From assembly GCF_004010195.1 (NCBI RefSeq), contig NC_057711.1, forward strand, positions 71,572,588 to 71,592,587: a stretch of 20,000 nucleotides of DNA. The letters are read 5' to 3'. The stretch's first letter is position 1. The number at the start of each line of letters is the position of its first letter. Below, one piece after another: positions 9,673 to 20,000 of this stretch. This stretch comes from Chiloscyllium plagiosum (lineage: Eukaryota). The notes beneath the pieces are model-generated. The model saw only the letters and a program-made list of their open reading frames with translations. It did not search any database and was not told the DNA's origin. The position numbers and the translations under genes are program-made.

Positions 9673-11461
9673 TCTCGACAATCAAGACTGGGAAAGTCTG
9701 ATGCCATCCAAAAAATGGTCTGACTCAATTTGGAGTTGGATGTTTTCGGGTATTCTTCATGTTCGGGATCCTGGTCATGACCAGAACCTAAGCCTACCAA
9801 TCAAACTGTCTTTCAGAAGGTAAACTTGCTTGATAAATAAAGACACATGCTACAGAATGAAATTGGCAGAGTGTGAGCTAATCTAAATATCCCATCTTTC
9901 CAGCTTCCCTCACAAAATGCACCTCAGTCAAGATCACAGCCAAAATATCACAACATTATTACTCAATAAAGAACAGAAAATCATCTCAGTGTCTTAGCCA
10001 ATATTCCTTTCTTCGCTAATGGTATTTAAAACATAATACATTCACATTCTAGGAATATTCTTTGATGACTCAACAAAATAGATCTCAGTGCCCAAATTAC
10101 AAAATTCTGCATTGCCACACACTAAAGTTTAGCTGAAGATAGAAGGCCTTACATAAAGAATGCACATGCCTCATTGGAGCCCCGAAATTAATGCAAGCTA
10201 ACACAAACACGTTCCATGCCAAATTATCATCTCATTTCTCTTTCAACCACTTAAAATGGGTACTATTTTGATTTCTTTCAAGAGGACTTGATTGTTTGGA
10301 TTCATGAAAGCATAAATGATTGTTTATTTTTGTACTGTAAATTAAGAAATAAAAATATTCTATTTAAACAGTCACATTAAGACATCTCAAAGCATGTTAC
10401 ATCTTTGATCTCACGCCTTTCGACTATCCCTTCAAGCATCAGCCCTCTTTTTGTCCCAGACTATGTTACACATTTCCTCCTCACTTTCCTGGCCATACAT
10501 GCCCAAAATTCTGTTGCTTGTGATGGTCATTGAATATGTTGCTTTATTTCAGGAATGTTTGAAGAGATTAATCTGAACTAAAAATAATATACAAGTTTTT
10601 AAGCACACATATAGCCATAAATCTACACGCGTTAAATATTTTAGAACAAGGGAAGGTATCACAAAATATAGATCATGAACTTAAGTGGAAAATAAATCTT
10701 AGGAAAATCAATTCACATATTAGAAGGAAAAGTTAAAGGGAAATAAAGCAGAATGCCAAGACAGAAAGCGAACCAAAAGCAAGAAATTAAGGAATCATGA
10801 TAAAAGTTCTTTTAAATATTTTCCTTAATGTTTTAAAACTTGTCTTCAAATTTTTTTGTATCAGACATCTCATGGGGGATCAAACATAAATAACTTATCA
10901 GCCTCAATATATCGTCTTGCAACAAACTACTGTCTACGTTCTCTGCTCCAGTTCCTTTGAGGACTGCCAATTTGCAAATATATTTATATTTACAATGCCA
11001 ATGAGTTAAGCAGATAGAAATTTAGGCTCAGTCTGTGACAGTTTATTAAAATATTCGATTTGCAAAATATCAACTGAGGCAATTCTGTGGACTGAATAAA
11101 ATAGAAATTAGTCCCTGTCTCAACATGCGAATACATTATGCAAATGAGAGACCACTGAACCATGAAAAATATGACAATCTGTTTCTCTACACAAGTGGTA
11201 TAAATGGGAGATAATTGTTGGACCCAGTAGATGTTCAATGTTTAGTTTACAGTATGGATTTAAATGCAAATAAATACAAATCCCAACCTCTTGACAGGGC
11301 CTGACTGCACTCACCTGAAGGATGATTTCTTTTGTGTCCTACATCTTGTGCATGTATTAACAAAGAACACATTTTCTGTTCTGCTCCACACAAAACACAG
11401 AGAATTTATTTCCTTGGCGAGAGTAGGTCTAAAATAATTGACGCTAGATGTTAAGACATTT

Positions 11462-12089
11462 ATAGAGTCAGAGAGTCATAGAGATGTACAGCATGGAAAC
11501 AGACCCTTCAGTCCAACCTGTCCACGCCGACCAGATATCCCAACCCAATCTAGTCCACCTGCCAGCACCCGGCCCATATCCCTCCAAACCCTTCCTATTC
11601 ATACACCCATCCAAATGCCTCTTAAATGTTGCAATTGTACCAGCCTCCACCACATACTCTAGCAGCTCATTCCATACATGTACCACACTCTGCGTGAAAA
11701 CTGCGCCCTTAGGTCTCTTTTATATCTTTCCCCTCTCACCCTAAACCTATGCCCTTTAGTTCTGGACTCCCCAACCCCAGGGAAAAAACTTTGTCTATTT
11801 ATCCTATCCATGCCCCTCATAATTTTGTAAACTTCTATAAGGTCACCCCTCAGCCTCCGACACTCCAGGGAAAACAGCCCCAGCCTGTTCAGCCTCTCTC
11901 TATAGCTCAAATCCTCCAACCCTGGCAACATCCTTGTAAATCTTTTCTGAACCCTTTCATGTTTCACAACATCTTTCTGATAGGAAGGAGACCAGAATTG
12001 CATGCAATATCCCAACAGTGGCCTAACCAATGTCTTGTACAGGCGCAACATGACCTCCCAACTCCTGTACTCAATACTCTGACCAATAA
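11462..12089 (-). mobile_element. Young CR1 LINE 3' end and ORF2 C-terminus
   Basis: ORF 11659..12051(-) MLRLYKTLVRPLLGYCMQFWSP...RRLRGDLIEVYKIMRG, with AGAGTCAT-type tail repeats at 11462-11485. Confidence 0.92.
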
Positions 12090-12301
12090 NNNNNNNNNNN
12101 NNNNNNNNNNNNNNNNNNNNNNNNNNNNNNNNNNNNNNNNNNNNNNNNNNNNNNNNNNNNNNNNNNNNNNNNNNNNNNNNNNNNNNNNNNNNNNNNNNNN
12201 NNNNNNNNNNNNNNNNNNNNNNNNNNNNNNNNNNNNNNNNNNNNNNNNNNNNNNNNNNNNNNNNNNNNNNNNNNNNNNNNNNNNNNNNNNNNNNNNNNNN
12301 N
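12090..12301. other. Assembly gap (212 N)
   Basis: Run of N. Confidence 1.
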
Positions 12302-13177
12302 TGAGGGAACTGTTGAAGTCCACATTGATGCCCTGGATTGAAGTGTTCCGAGGCGGAAGATGAGGCGTTCTTCCTCCAGGCGTCTGGTGGTGAGGGAGCA
12401 GCGGTGAAGGAGGCCCAGGACCTCCATGTCCTCGGCAGAGTGGGAGGGAGAGTTGAAATGTTGGGCCACAGGGCGGTGTGGTTGATTGGTGCAAGCGTCC
12501 CGGAGATGTTCCCTAAAGCGCTCTGCTAGGAGGCGCTCAGTATCCACAATGTAGAGGAGACCGCATCGGGAGCAACGGATACAATAAATGATATTGGTGG
12601 ATGTGTAGGTAAGACTTTGATGGATGTGGAAGGCTCCTTTAGGGCCTTGGATGGAGGTGAGGGGGGAGGTGTGGGCACAGGTTTTGCAATTCCTGCCGTG
12701 GCAGGGGAAGGTGCCAGGATGGGAGGGTGGGTTGTAGGGGGGTGTGGACCTGACCAGGTAGTCACGGAGGGAACAGTCTTTGCGGAAGGCGGAAAGGGGT
12801 GGGGAGAGGAATATATCCCTGGTAGTGGTGTCTGTTTGGAGATGGCCGAAATGTTGGCGGATGATTTGGTTTATGCAAAGGTTGGTAGGGTGGAAGGTGA
12901 GCACCAGGGGCGTTCTGTCCTTGTTACGGTTGGAGGGGTAGGGTCTGAGGGTGGAGGTGCGGGATGTGGACGAGATGTGTTGGAGGGCATCTTTAACCAC
13001 GTGGGAAGGGAAATTGCGGTCTCTAAAGAAGGAGGCCATCTGGTGTGCTCTGTGGTGGAACTGGTCCTCCTGGGAGCAGATACGGCAGAGGCGGTGGAAT
13101 TGGGAATACGGGATGGCATTTTTGCAGGAGGTATGGTCGGAAGAGGTGTAATCCGGGTAGCTGTGGGAGTCGGTGGG
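12302..13177 (-). mobile_element. Penelope-like (Neptune-type) element: end of RT/thumb, Cys-rich linker, GIY-YIG endonuclease
   Basis: One stop-free frame from 13177: PTDSHSY..KNAIPYSQF.RL.RICS..PLVLTFHP..GTFPCHGRNCKTCAH..NIIYCIRCSRCGLLYIVDT.R.LAERFREH..VAQHFN..EERLIFRLGTLQ. Frameshift near 12340; YIG has become YIV. Confidence 0.92.
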
Positions 13178-13627
13178 CCTCCCTTCCCTTCCTGGACCTC
13201 TCCATCTCCATTAATGACGACCGACTTGACACTGACATTTTTTACAAACCCACTGACTCCCACAGCTACCTGGATTACACCTCTTCCCACCCCACCTTTT
13301 CTACTGGGAACATCTCCGGGACACCAGCACCAATCAGCCACACCGCCCTGTGGCCCAACATTTCAACTCCCCCTCCCACTCTGCCGAGGACATGGAGGTC
13401 CTGGGCCTCCTTCACCTCCACTCCCTCACCACCAGACACCTGGCCCCACTCACCTATTGTACTCTATGCTACTTTCTCCCCACCTCCACCCACCTCTCAC
13501 TTACCTCTCCACCCTTCAGGCTTTCTGCCTATATTCTTGATGAAGGGCTTTTGCCCAAAATGTCGATTTTACTGCTCCTCGGATCCTGCCTGAACTGCTG
13601 TGCTCTTCCAGCACCACTAATCCAGAA
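13178..13627 (+). mobile_element. Inverted, internally deleted second segment of the same PLE (RT piece, EN piece, 3' tail)
   Basis: SLPFLDLSISINDDRLDTDIFYKPTDSHSYLDYTSSHP (13178-13296), then an EN piece (13306-13443, inverse of 12376-12513), then a C-rich 3'UTR and hammerhead tail. Confidence 0.88.
13533..13568 (+). ncRNA. Mutated minimal hammerhead ribozyme motif
   Basis: TTGATGA-A-GGGC-TTTT-GCCC-AAAA-TGTC. Stem II and the GUC triplet are intact; C3->U, G12->A and one stem III change. Confidence 0.6.
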
Positions 13628-14171
13628 CCTTACCATCAAGTATATAAGTCCTGCTAATTTTTGCTTTCCCAAAATGTAGCATCTCGCATTTTTCTGAATT
13701 AAACTCCATCTGCCACTTCTCAACCCATTGGTCCATCTGGTCCAGATTTGTTTTAATCTGAGGTAACCCTCTTCGCTGTCCACTACACGTCCAATTTTGG
13801 TGTCATCTGCAAACTTACTAACTGTACCTCTTATGCTTGCATCCAAATCATTTATGTAAATGACAAAAAGGTGGAGGACCCAGCACCGATCCTTGTGGCA
13901 CTCCACTGGTCACAGGCCTCCAGTCTGAAAAACAACCCTACACCGCCACCCTCTGTCTTCTACCTTTGAGCCAGTTCTGTATCCAAATGGCTAGCCTTGG
14001 AGATCTAGCCTTGCTAATCAGTCTCCCATGGGGAACCTTGCCAAATTCCTTACTGAAGTCCATATAGATCACACCTACTGCTCTGCCCTCACCAATCTTC
14101 TTTGTTACTTATTCAAAAAATTCAATCAAGTTTGTGAGACATGATTTCCCACGCACAAAACCATGTTGACT
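13628..14171 (-). mobile_element. CR1 LINE RT region, upstream part of the CR1 at 11462-12089
   Basis: ORF 13529..13906(-) contains LFVIYINDLD...VSKFADDTKIGRVVDSEEGYLRL; further upstream is a 'VDVIYMDFSK.F.KVPH.RL' motif. Confidence 0.9.
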
Positions 14172-14349
14172 AAAAAGGAACCTCTTCACCAATAAGGGGA
14201 AGCTACTGGTCTACCATATGTTATGCAGTTTTTCTCATGGTATAAAAATCAGCATCAATTTGAGAAATACCCAAAGCAAGACTAAGCAAAATTGAAGCTT
14301 GGGCAGCTGAAAGGGAGAGAATGCATTGCAATATTAACCTGTATTACAA

Positions 14350-14435
14350 CATTACTCTACATCACAATGGTGACTAAACTTCAAAGATACTTAATTGGCT
14401 AAGAAGTCCAGTGGTTGCAAATGCATTTTAAAAAT
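14350..14435 (+). repeat. Degenerate DeuSINE/L2-like 3' tail
   Basis: CTACATCACAATGGTGACTAAACTTCAAAGATACTTAATTGGCT resembles, from recall, the Deu-domain SINE tail. Confidence 0.4.
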
Positions 14436-14493
14436 AATTTCATACAATATCAGTTTACTGAAAATGTTAGCAATGATAACATATATTGCTTAC

Positions 14494-14759
14494 TGAGTAG
14501 TTCCAAATGAGTTCCATCTATATTGGAAACGATTGGTCTGTGTACTTGTTTATTGAATTTGTCAACCAATACACTTCCAAACGTCTTGGCTACAAGTTGC
14601 TGTTGCAGAAAAGTAGCTTTGATTATGATAAGCCTGCTGCAGTCAAGGACAAAAATTGCCTCAATGCACTGTGAGAAATCATAAACACATTCTCCATTGA
14701 TTTCCACATGGATTGTTCTGATTTTCTGGCATAGTTTCAATGCAACATTACTGAAATTC
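14494..14759 (-). CDS. Candidate host-gene exon (unidentified); either an internal 266-nt exon or a terminal exon 'EFQ*' plus 3'UTR
   Basis: Strong acceptor TTCTGATTTTTTTTGTAG|G at 14760. One frame stays open 88 codons to a CA|GTAAGC donor at 14493. Alternatively phase 0 gives EFQ-stop with minus-strand AATAAA at 14554-14549. No homology recognised. Confidence 0.3.
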
Positions 14760-14915
14760 CTACAAAAAAAATCAGAAATTAAAACATTTTTTTTCCAATG
14801 TTTCCTTCAATTTCTCAGCTACAATGGGAGAGTAAGAGAGTGTGACAAAATGTCCAGAGTTTATCTGGCTGCATTGATATTCTGGTAATTTGGTAATCCT
14901 GGATTTAATAACAGG

Positions 14916-15213
14916 TCATCACAGAATCCCTACAGTGTGGAAGCAGGCTATTCAGCCCACACAATCCCTCTGAAGGCCATCCCTGAAGATTCATCCACTT
15001 ACCCTCAGCTTGCATATCCCTGGATAAATCCCAGGCAATTTAGCACAGCCAACCCACCAAAACTACACATCTTTGGGCTGTGGGGGGAAGCTGGAGCATC
15101 CAGAGGAAACCCAGCCATGAGGAAAATGTGCAAATTCCACACAGACAGTCACCCAAGGCTGGGATCGAACCCAGGTCCCTGGTGCCGAGAGCTGGCAGTA
15201 CAAGCCATCATGC
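14916..15213 (-). mobile_element. tRNA-derived V-SINE (HE1-like), degenerate
   Basis: Reverse complement of the SINEs at 8291 and 8940; B box GGGTTCGATCCC at 15172-15161; tail ..TTCCACACTGTAGGGATTC. Confidence 0.85.
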
Positions 15214-15257
15214 TAGCCCTGAAGTTCTTTCATGAACTTCAGGTATTTTAATCTTGC

Positions 15258-15311
15258 CTTGTAGATGTTTTCAAGTTTCTCTTCCGTCTTTTCAATTCCA
15301 GTAATCACTGC
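15258..15311 (-). CDS. Candidate 54-nt exon AVITGIEKTEEKLENIYK with a GC donor
   Basis: TTCTAG| acceptor, purine-rich helical-looking peptide, AAG|GCAAGA donor. Phase 0 joins 14759 as ...NIYK-EFQ*. Confidence 0.3.
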
Positions 15312-16155
15312 CTAGAACGCTTTAAACATTCAAAGTATTATGATGTAATAGTAGGCCATTTGGGCCATTTAGGGTAGCAGCATTGAAAGAAATATAATTG
15401 ATTCATGCCAATGTTGCAAATGAAAGCAGAGTGCTAGAACTCATCCCTTTTTTGTCAATTATCCAGGTCACTTTCCATGTCTCCAACTGCTGACTGTATT
15501 TAAGGTTCATTCTGTCAAAATAATATATTCGTCTACTATGATGTTTGGAAAAAAGCGCCATAGCAGCAGTACACCCCTCTCACATGAAGACCTAGAAATG
15601 TAATGTTGTGTTCTCAATGCTGATGCATGTCAGTTAGTGCAATGATCACAGAATGGTGTGGTCATATTATCTTGGTCAACACTGCAGTTAACATTAATTA
15701 TCAGTCTATGCTTTCATGATTGAAATCCGAAATGTATTCATTCAGTAAATCATGGGGCACTTCAAGCACACTGCAGGTCACAGGCCTCTCATAAATAATT
15801 TTCAAGTATGAGAATCAAATAGCACCACAATTTAAAGAATTTTCCACTTGACTCTGAAAATGAGGCTACATAATATTTCTTTTGAGGTAATCAGATTTTA
15901 AAAAGCACTGATTTCACAGAAGAAATTACTCTTAAATTATATCTGGTGACAGTCTAGAGAGACTTATGCCATGATTATAACTTGGAGAAAATGGAAAGGA
16001 TTGGCAAGCATCCCTCCCACTCTGGCTTGTCAGTGTCAGACTCAGGTCATTTGAACTCCAGGACATATCTTAAATTGGCACTTTTGATCCTCAAGTAAAC
16101 TGTATGGCAGTTCCAGTCACTCTCTGAACAGTATTTAAAGGACGACTATGATTGG

Positions 16156-16765
16156 TGTCACAAAGCTGGTCCTTTTTTTCTAAAGGCTGTTCCTTTCCTC
16201 AAGGATACCGTGCCCTTGTTTCAGAGGGGTCATAAAACTCTCCCGGTTTCTGATTAAACTGGTTTGGTACAGAGATTAAAGATCAAGAGGCCTTTTTGTT
16301 TATATATAACCAAATGAGACTTCAGGCCAAAGTGGTCGCATTTTAGAAGTAACCTGTGTAATGAAAGGGGAGCGGTCAGCTCTCTAGCCGGGCAGTTCTA
16401 GTTAGAAATTTAGCAGTAGACTGTGTGAACTGGCTCTCTCTCTTCTGCTGCCCTTCTAACTTCAATCTGTAAGCATCTGTTCCATTTTTTAATTGTTTGC
16501 TTTTTGGGACTGTTGTTTATATTCAGAACAACATAATTAAGTCTAGTTTGGATAGAGTGAGTTCTATAGGGGTTTGTTATTTTGTTCTTTATGTTTTATT
16601 GTGTAATTTTGTGAATAAATTTCTGTCTGTTTTAAAATCTGGTAGTCAACCTACCTAACTTATTCTGGGTAATTGTCACTGTACACTTACTGAAACAAAT
16701 TGCAAAGTTATGGTCTGGGTTGCCTGCTCAAGAATGTTTTGAGTGGTCTGGCCTGGTCCATAACA
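16156..16765 (+). mobile_element. Solo LTR (~610 bp, probably Gypsy-type)
   Basis: TGTCAC...ATAACA termini, imperfect 4-bp TSD TTGG/TTGA, TATATATAA at 16301, AATAAA at 16614, no internal coding sequence. Confidence 0.6.
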
Positions 16766-16799
16766 TTGATCAAATAGGATTGAATTCCTGCTTGTGGTC

Positions 16800-16963
16800 C
16801 CCACACCAGTTGAGGTCACCATGATGGTCCCACTTTCTTGAGCTCATCCCTTGCCTGAGGCATGGTGACCTTGATATAAAACCAGCATCAGTTCTCTCTC
16901 TCTCTATTTCTAATGAGAGAGCAGCCCTATGGTCCAATGGTTTATGGTGACACTATCTTTACT
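16800..16963 (+). repeat. Probable SINE-like interspersed repeat 3' part
   Basis: GAGGTCACCATGA..GCCTGAGGCATGGTGACC..CTCTCT..TAATGAGAGAGCAGCCCTATGGTCC recalls a common shark repeat; GGTCACCATG/CATGGTGACC form an internal inverted repeat. Confidence 0.4.
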
Positions 16964-17410
16964 GCTAAGTGCTTTCATTTGACTGATCTGGGAGTAAACA
17001 TTTCCATCAAGTGAAGTTTCTGACAGAGAGAGAGAGAGATCAAGCAAAATTCTTAGATTATCTGGAAGGATTTTATTGAAAAGGTGAAGACATATGTAGT
17101 GAGGTCATCCACCACACCTTTCATATTAACAATTCATAGGGAGTAATGGTTTGAGTTTCAATAGTGGTACCGCTATCAGCAAACCCTATACGAAATTCAA
17201 CAAAGCACAAGGGTGATTATCCTTTTTCATTCCTCCACCTGCATTTCACCACAAAACTTCCACTCCAATCCCTAACACTTTCAACAGTACTTCCCAGTTT
17301 ATCACAAAGGAACAATATGATAATATTTTTCCTCATTACAATCACTCTTCACTTACTTTGCTCATGTTATCCCACCTTTTAGGTCATTTGCTCCCTACAC
17401 CTTGCCACTA

Positions 17411-18478
17411 ACCTAGGTTTTGGCTCCGCCTTCTGCAACTGGATCCTCAGCTTCCTGACCCGCAGACTGTAATCAGTGAAGGTAGACAACTGCACCTCCT
17501 CCACAATAACATTCAACACTGGAGCCCCCCAAGGATGAGTTCTCAGTCCTTTACTGTACTCTCTGTACATCCATGACTGTGTAGCCAAATTGTAAATGAA
17601 TGCCATCTCCAAGCTTGCTGACAACACCACTGTGATAGGACTGATATCTAACAGCAATGGGTCAGAATACTGAGAGGAGATAGAGGGTTTGGTGACACGG
17701 TGCAATGAGAACAACCTCTCTCTCAATGATGACAAAACTAAAGAACTGATCATTGACTTCAGAAACAAGGGAGGAGAACACGCCCCATCTAAGTCAACGG
17801 AGCTGATGTTGGACAGTCGAGAGCGTCAAGTTCCTCGGAGTGACAATAACTGACAACCATGTGTCTTGAAGGCACAGCAATGCTCTTCTTCCTCAGGTGG
17901 CTCAGGAAATTCGGCATGTCCACAAGATCCCTCACCAACTTTTACAGTTGCACAATAGAAAGCATACTGTCCAGGTGCATAATAACCTGGGATGGCAACT
18001 GCTCTGGCCAGGGCTATAAGAAACTATAGAAGGTTGTATGCACCACCGAAACTATCACAGAAGCCGACCTTCCAGCCGCAGATTCCATTTAAGATATTTG
18101 CAGCCACAAAAAGGCTGCCTTTTATCGTCAAAGAGACATCGCACCCTGGTAATGCTCTCCTACAATCTCTTCCACCAGGCAGAAGATACAGAAGCTTGAA
18201 CACATGCACCAACAAGTTTAAGAACAGCCTCTTCCCTGCCTTTACTGGACTGCTGAATGGACTCTCTAACTTCAAATAATGCAGACCTTGCTAACACTGA
18301 TCTTACCTAACGCACATCTTGCGCAATATAACCTGTATGCCTCTCGGTTTTTTTTCACCCTATGATCTGAATGTCCTTTCTTACTGTGATCAGCCTGTAA
18401 TGCTCATAAACAAAGCTTTTCACTGTACTTAGGTACACTGACAATAAATCAATCGATTCAAATCAAATCAACGATCAA
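17411..18478 (+). mobile_element. Rex1/Babar-clade LINE, 5'-truncated, dead RT C-terminal half plus 3' tail
   Basis: Translation FCNWILSFLTRR.*SVKV..NTGAPQG*VLSPLLYSLYIHDC..KLADNTTVIGLI..NNLSLN..KTKELIIDFR, later IESILSRCI and RRYRSL..FKNSLFP. Tail CACTGTAC..GTAC..GACAATAAA plus (ATCAA)n. Confidence 0.88.
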
Positions 18479-19796
18479 CTCCTTCCTCACATCACATTGC
18501 AGACAATGCCCTTTAATTTATCATCTTCCCATCATCATTTAATTCTGATTTTCCAACATCTTTCAGCACATCCACGAAATGAGCAAGCCCTATACACTTC
18601 CACTGACCTCATGACTTACACTCACTAAACTTCACCAGATCTTTCTGCAGGACCTAAGAAAACATAAAACTTGACTTGAAAGAATGGAATAAGATGAAAG
18701 ATCCAGCATTGCTGTATAATATGAACAGCTGAGGACATTTGCAATCAGTTACCTGGGAACTCACTCCATCAGGGTAGCTAAAGTTGCCTGCATACTTTTT
18801 CTAATCCTTCATTCAGTTCACCAAAGATGTACCATGTTTAACTGTTTCAACCTCAAGAGTGAAAATCTGTAAATGATCAGCCTCCATTTACCATTCCAAC
18901 TATTAGTCATTTTCTCCCTCCTCGAAAGTTCTTTCAGGCAGCAAGAGACTCTTCTGTTTGTTGGAGGATCTTGCTCCTGAGGATTGTGTGTCAAATGCTA
19001 AGTGCTGAAGATGTACCAGCTCAGATTTTTGCACTCCTTGTGGGTTAGATCATCAGACAGAGGGACCAGGACTTGAAGGGACACCAGATACAACTGGACA
19101 GCAGTGTGAACTGACAGGAATGAAGGCCTGCAGAGAGCTCTCCAGAGAATGCACTTTTTTCCATCTCTGTTGAGGAGAACAGAGGTGAAGAATCTAAGGG
19201 AGACCGTTGTGAAATGAAAACCACTGACAACATATAAGGAGTCAAATAATGTATTGGACAGTTTGTAAAGGAGTTCAAGCACTTTGACTGAAATTATGGC
19301 AAAACATTATCGCAAATGGCTCTTGACAATCTACTGAAATGAGGGTGAAATAGTTCAAGCAGCATGGCAGTCAAAAGAGGGTTGTAAGTTTGCACTGGTT
19401 ATAGTTTTGTTAGAGCTCAAATAGCTGCTGTGTCAACTCTGGAATCCATAATAGACCAAATAGTAACAAATAGGAACTACTCATTCTCTGCAGTACGTTT
19501 TCACAACTGAATATTGGTGAAGGGTCCGAACACAGTAGAAGTAGCGGGGACAAAATGAGAGTGGTTTTTGCCTCTCTCATCTCTTTCATCATCTTCCATC
19601 ATTAACCATTAACAACCTTACTCCCAGTAATATTACTCCTAGAGACTACCATAACAGTGGCTGAGATTCAGCAATCTATCACTTTCAAAGCATCAGAAGC
19701 AATGTCTATGAGCAGTATCCTGATGTGTGCAGCAACATCCCCAATCATCCATTTGTTTTACAAAGTTGATGAAGAGTCCACCTTATTCAAACACTT

Positions 19797-20000
19797 ATAG
19801 AACATAGAACATGGAAGAATACAGCGCAGTACAGGCCCTTTGGCCCTCGATGTTGCGCCGATCCAAGCCCACCTAACCTACACTAGCCCACTATCCTCCA
19901 TATGCCTATCCAATGCCCGCTTAAATGCCCATAAAGAGGGAGAGTCCACCACTGCTACTGGCAGGGCATTCCATGAACTCACGACTCACTGAGTAAAGAA
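19797..20000 (-). mobile_element. Young CR1 LINE 3' end, running off the window
   Basis: (ATAGAAC)n tail and ACAGGCCCTTTGGCCCTCGATGTTGCGCCG with retained CpGs; parallels the other CR1 3' ends. Confidence 0.85.

Noticed and set aside
9771..9784. Perfect 14-bp palindrome CTGGTCATGACCAG
   Set aside because: About one such palindrome is expected by chance in 20 kb.
11749..12494. Long ORFs 11749..12363(+), 11964..12494(-) and the X-tail of 12071..13039(-)
   Set aside because: Lengths are inflated by the N gap; they fuse CR1 and PLE sequence.
12617..13593. 307-aa, 182-aa and 156-aa Gly/Pro-rich ORFs
   Set aside because: Antisense or alternate-frame shadows of the GC-rich PLE; only the short PFLDLSI..KPTDSHSYL piece is real RT sequence.
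17379..18279. ORFs 17379..17768(-), 17992..18279(+), 18024..18275(-)
   Set aside because: Antisense or partial frames of the dead Rex1/Babar element, not host genes.

Overview
Eukaryotic, AT-rich, repeat-dense vertebrate DNA, most likely elasmobranch (shark), inferred from HE1-like V-SINEs together with CR1, Rex1/Babar and Penelope-like element (PLE) remnants. Roughly half the window is fragmented, often nested retroelements: several CR1 LINE pieces, three tRNA-derived V-SINEs, a Rex1/Babar RT fragment, a ~610-bp solo LTR, and several PLE pieces. One PLE is a young Neptune-type GIY-YIG fragment inserted in a CR1 beside a 212-N assembly gap. No intact protein-coding gene is recognisable; only weak minus-strand exon candidates near 14.5-15.3 kb. 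The most notable signal is four (possibly five) minimal hammerhead-ribozyme motifs in the PLE tails, each with core mutations, plus the inverted and scrambled architecture of the PLE copies. I see no convincing evidence for a wholly new system. All family calls come from motif recognition, not database searches, and boundaries are approximate.
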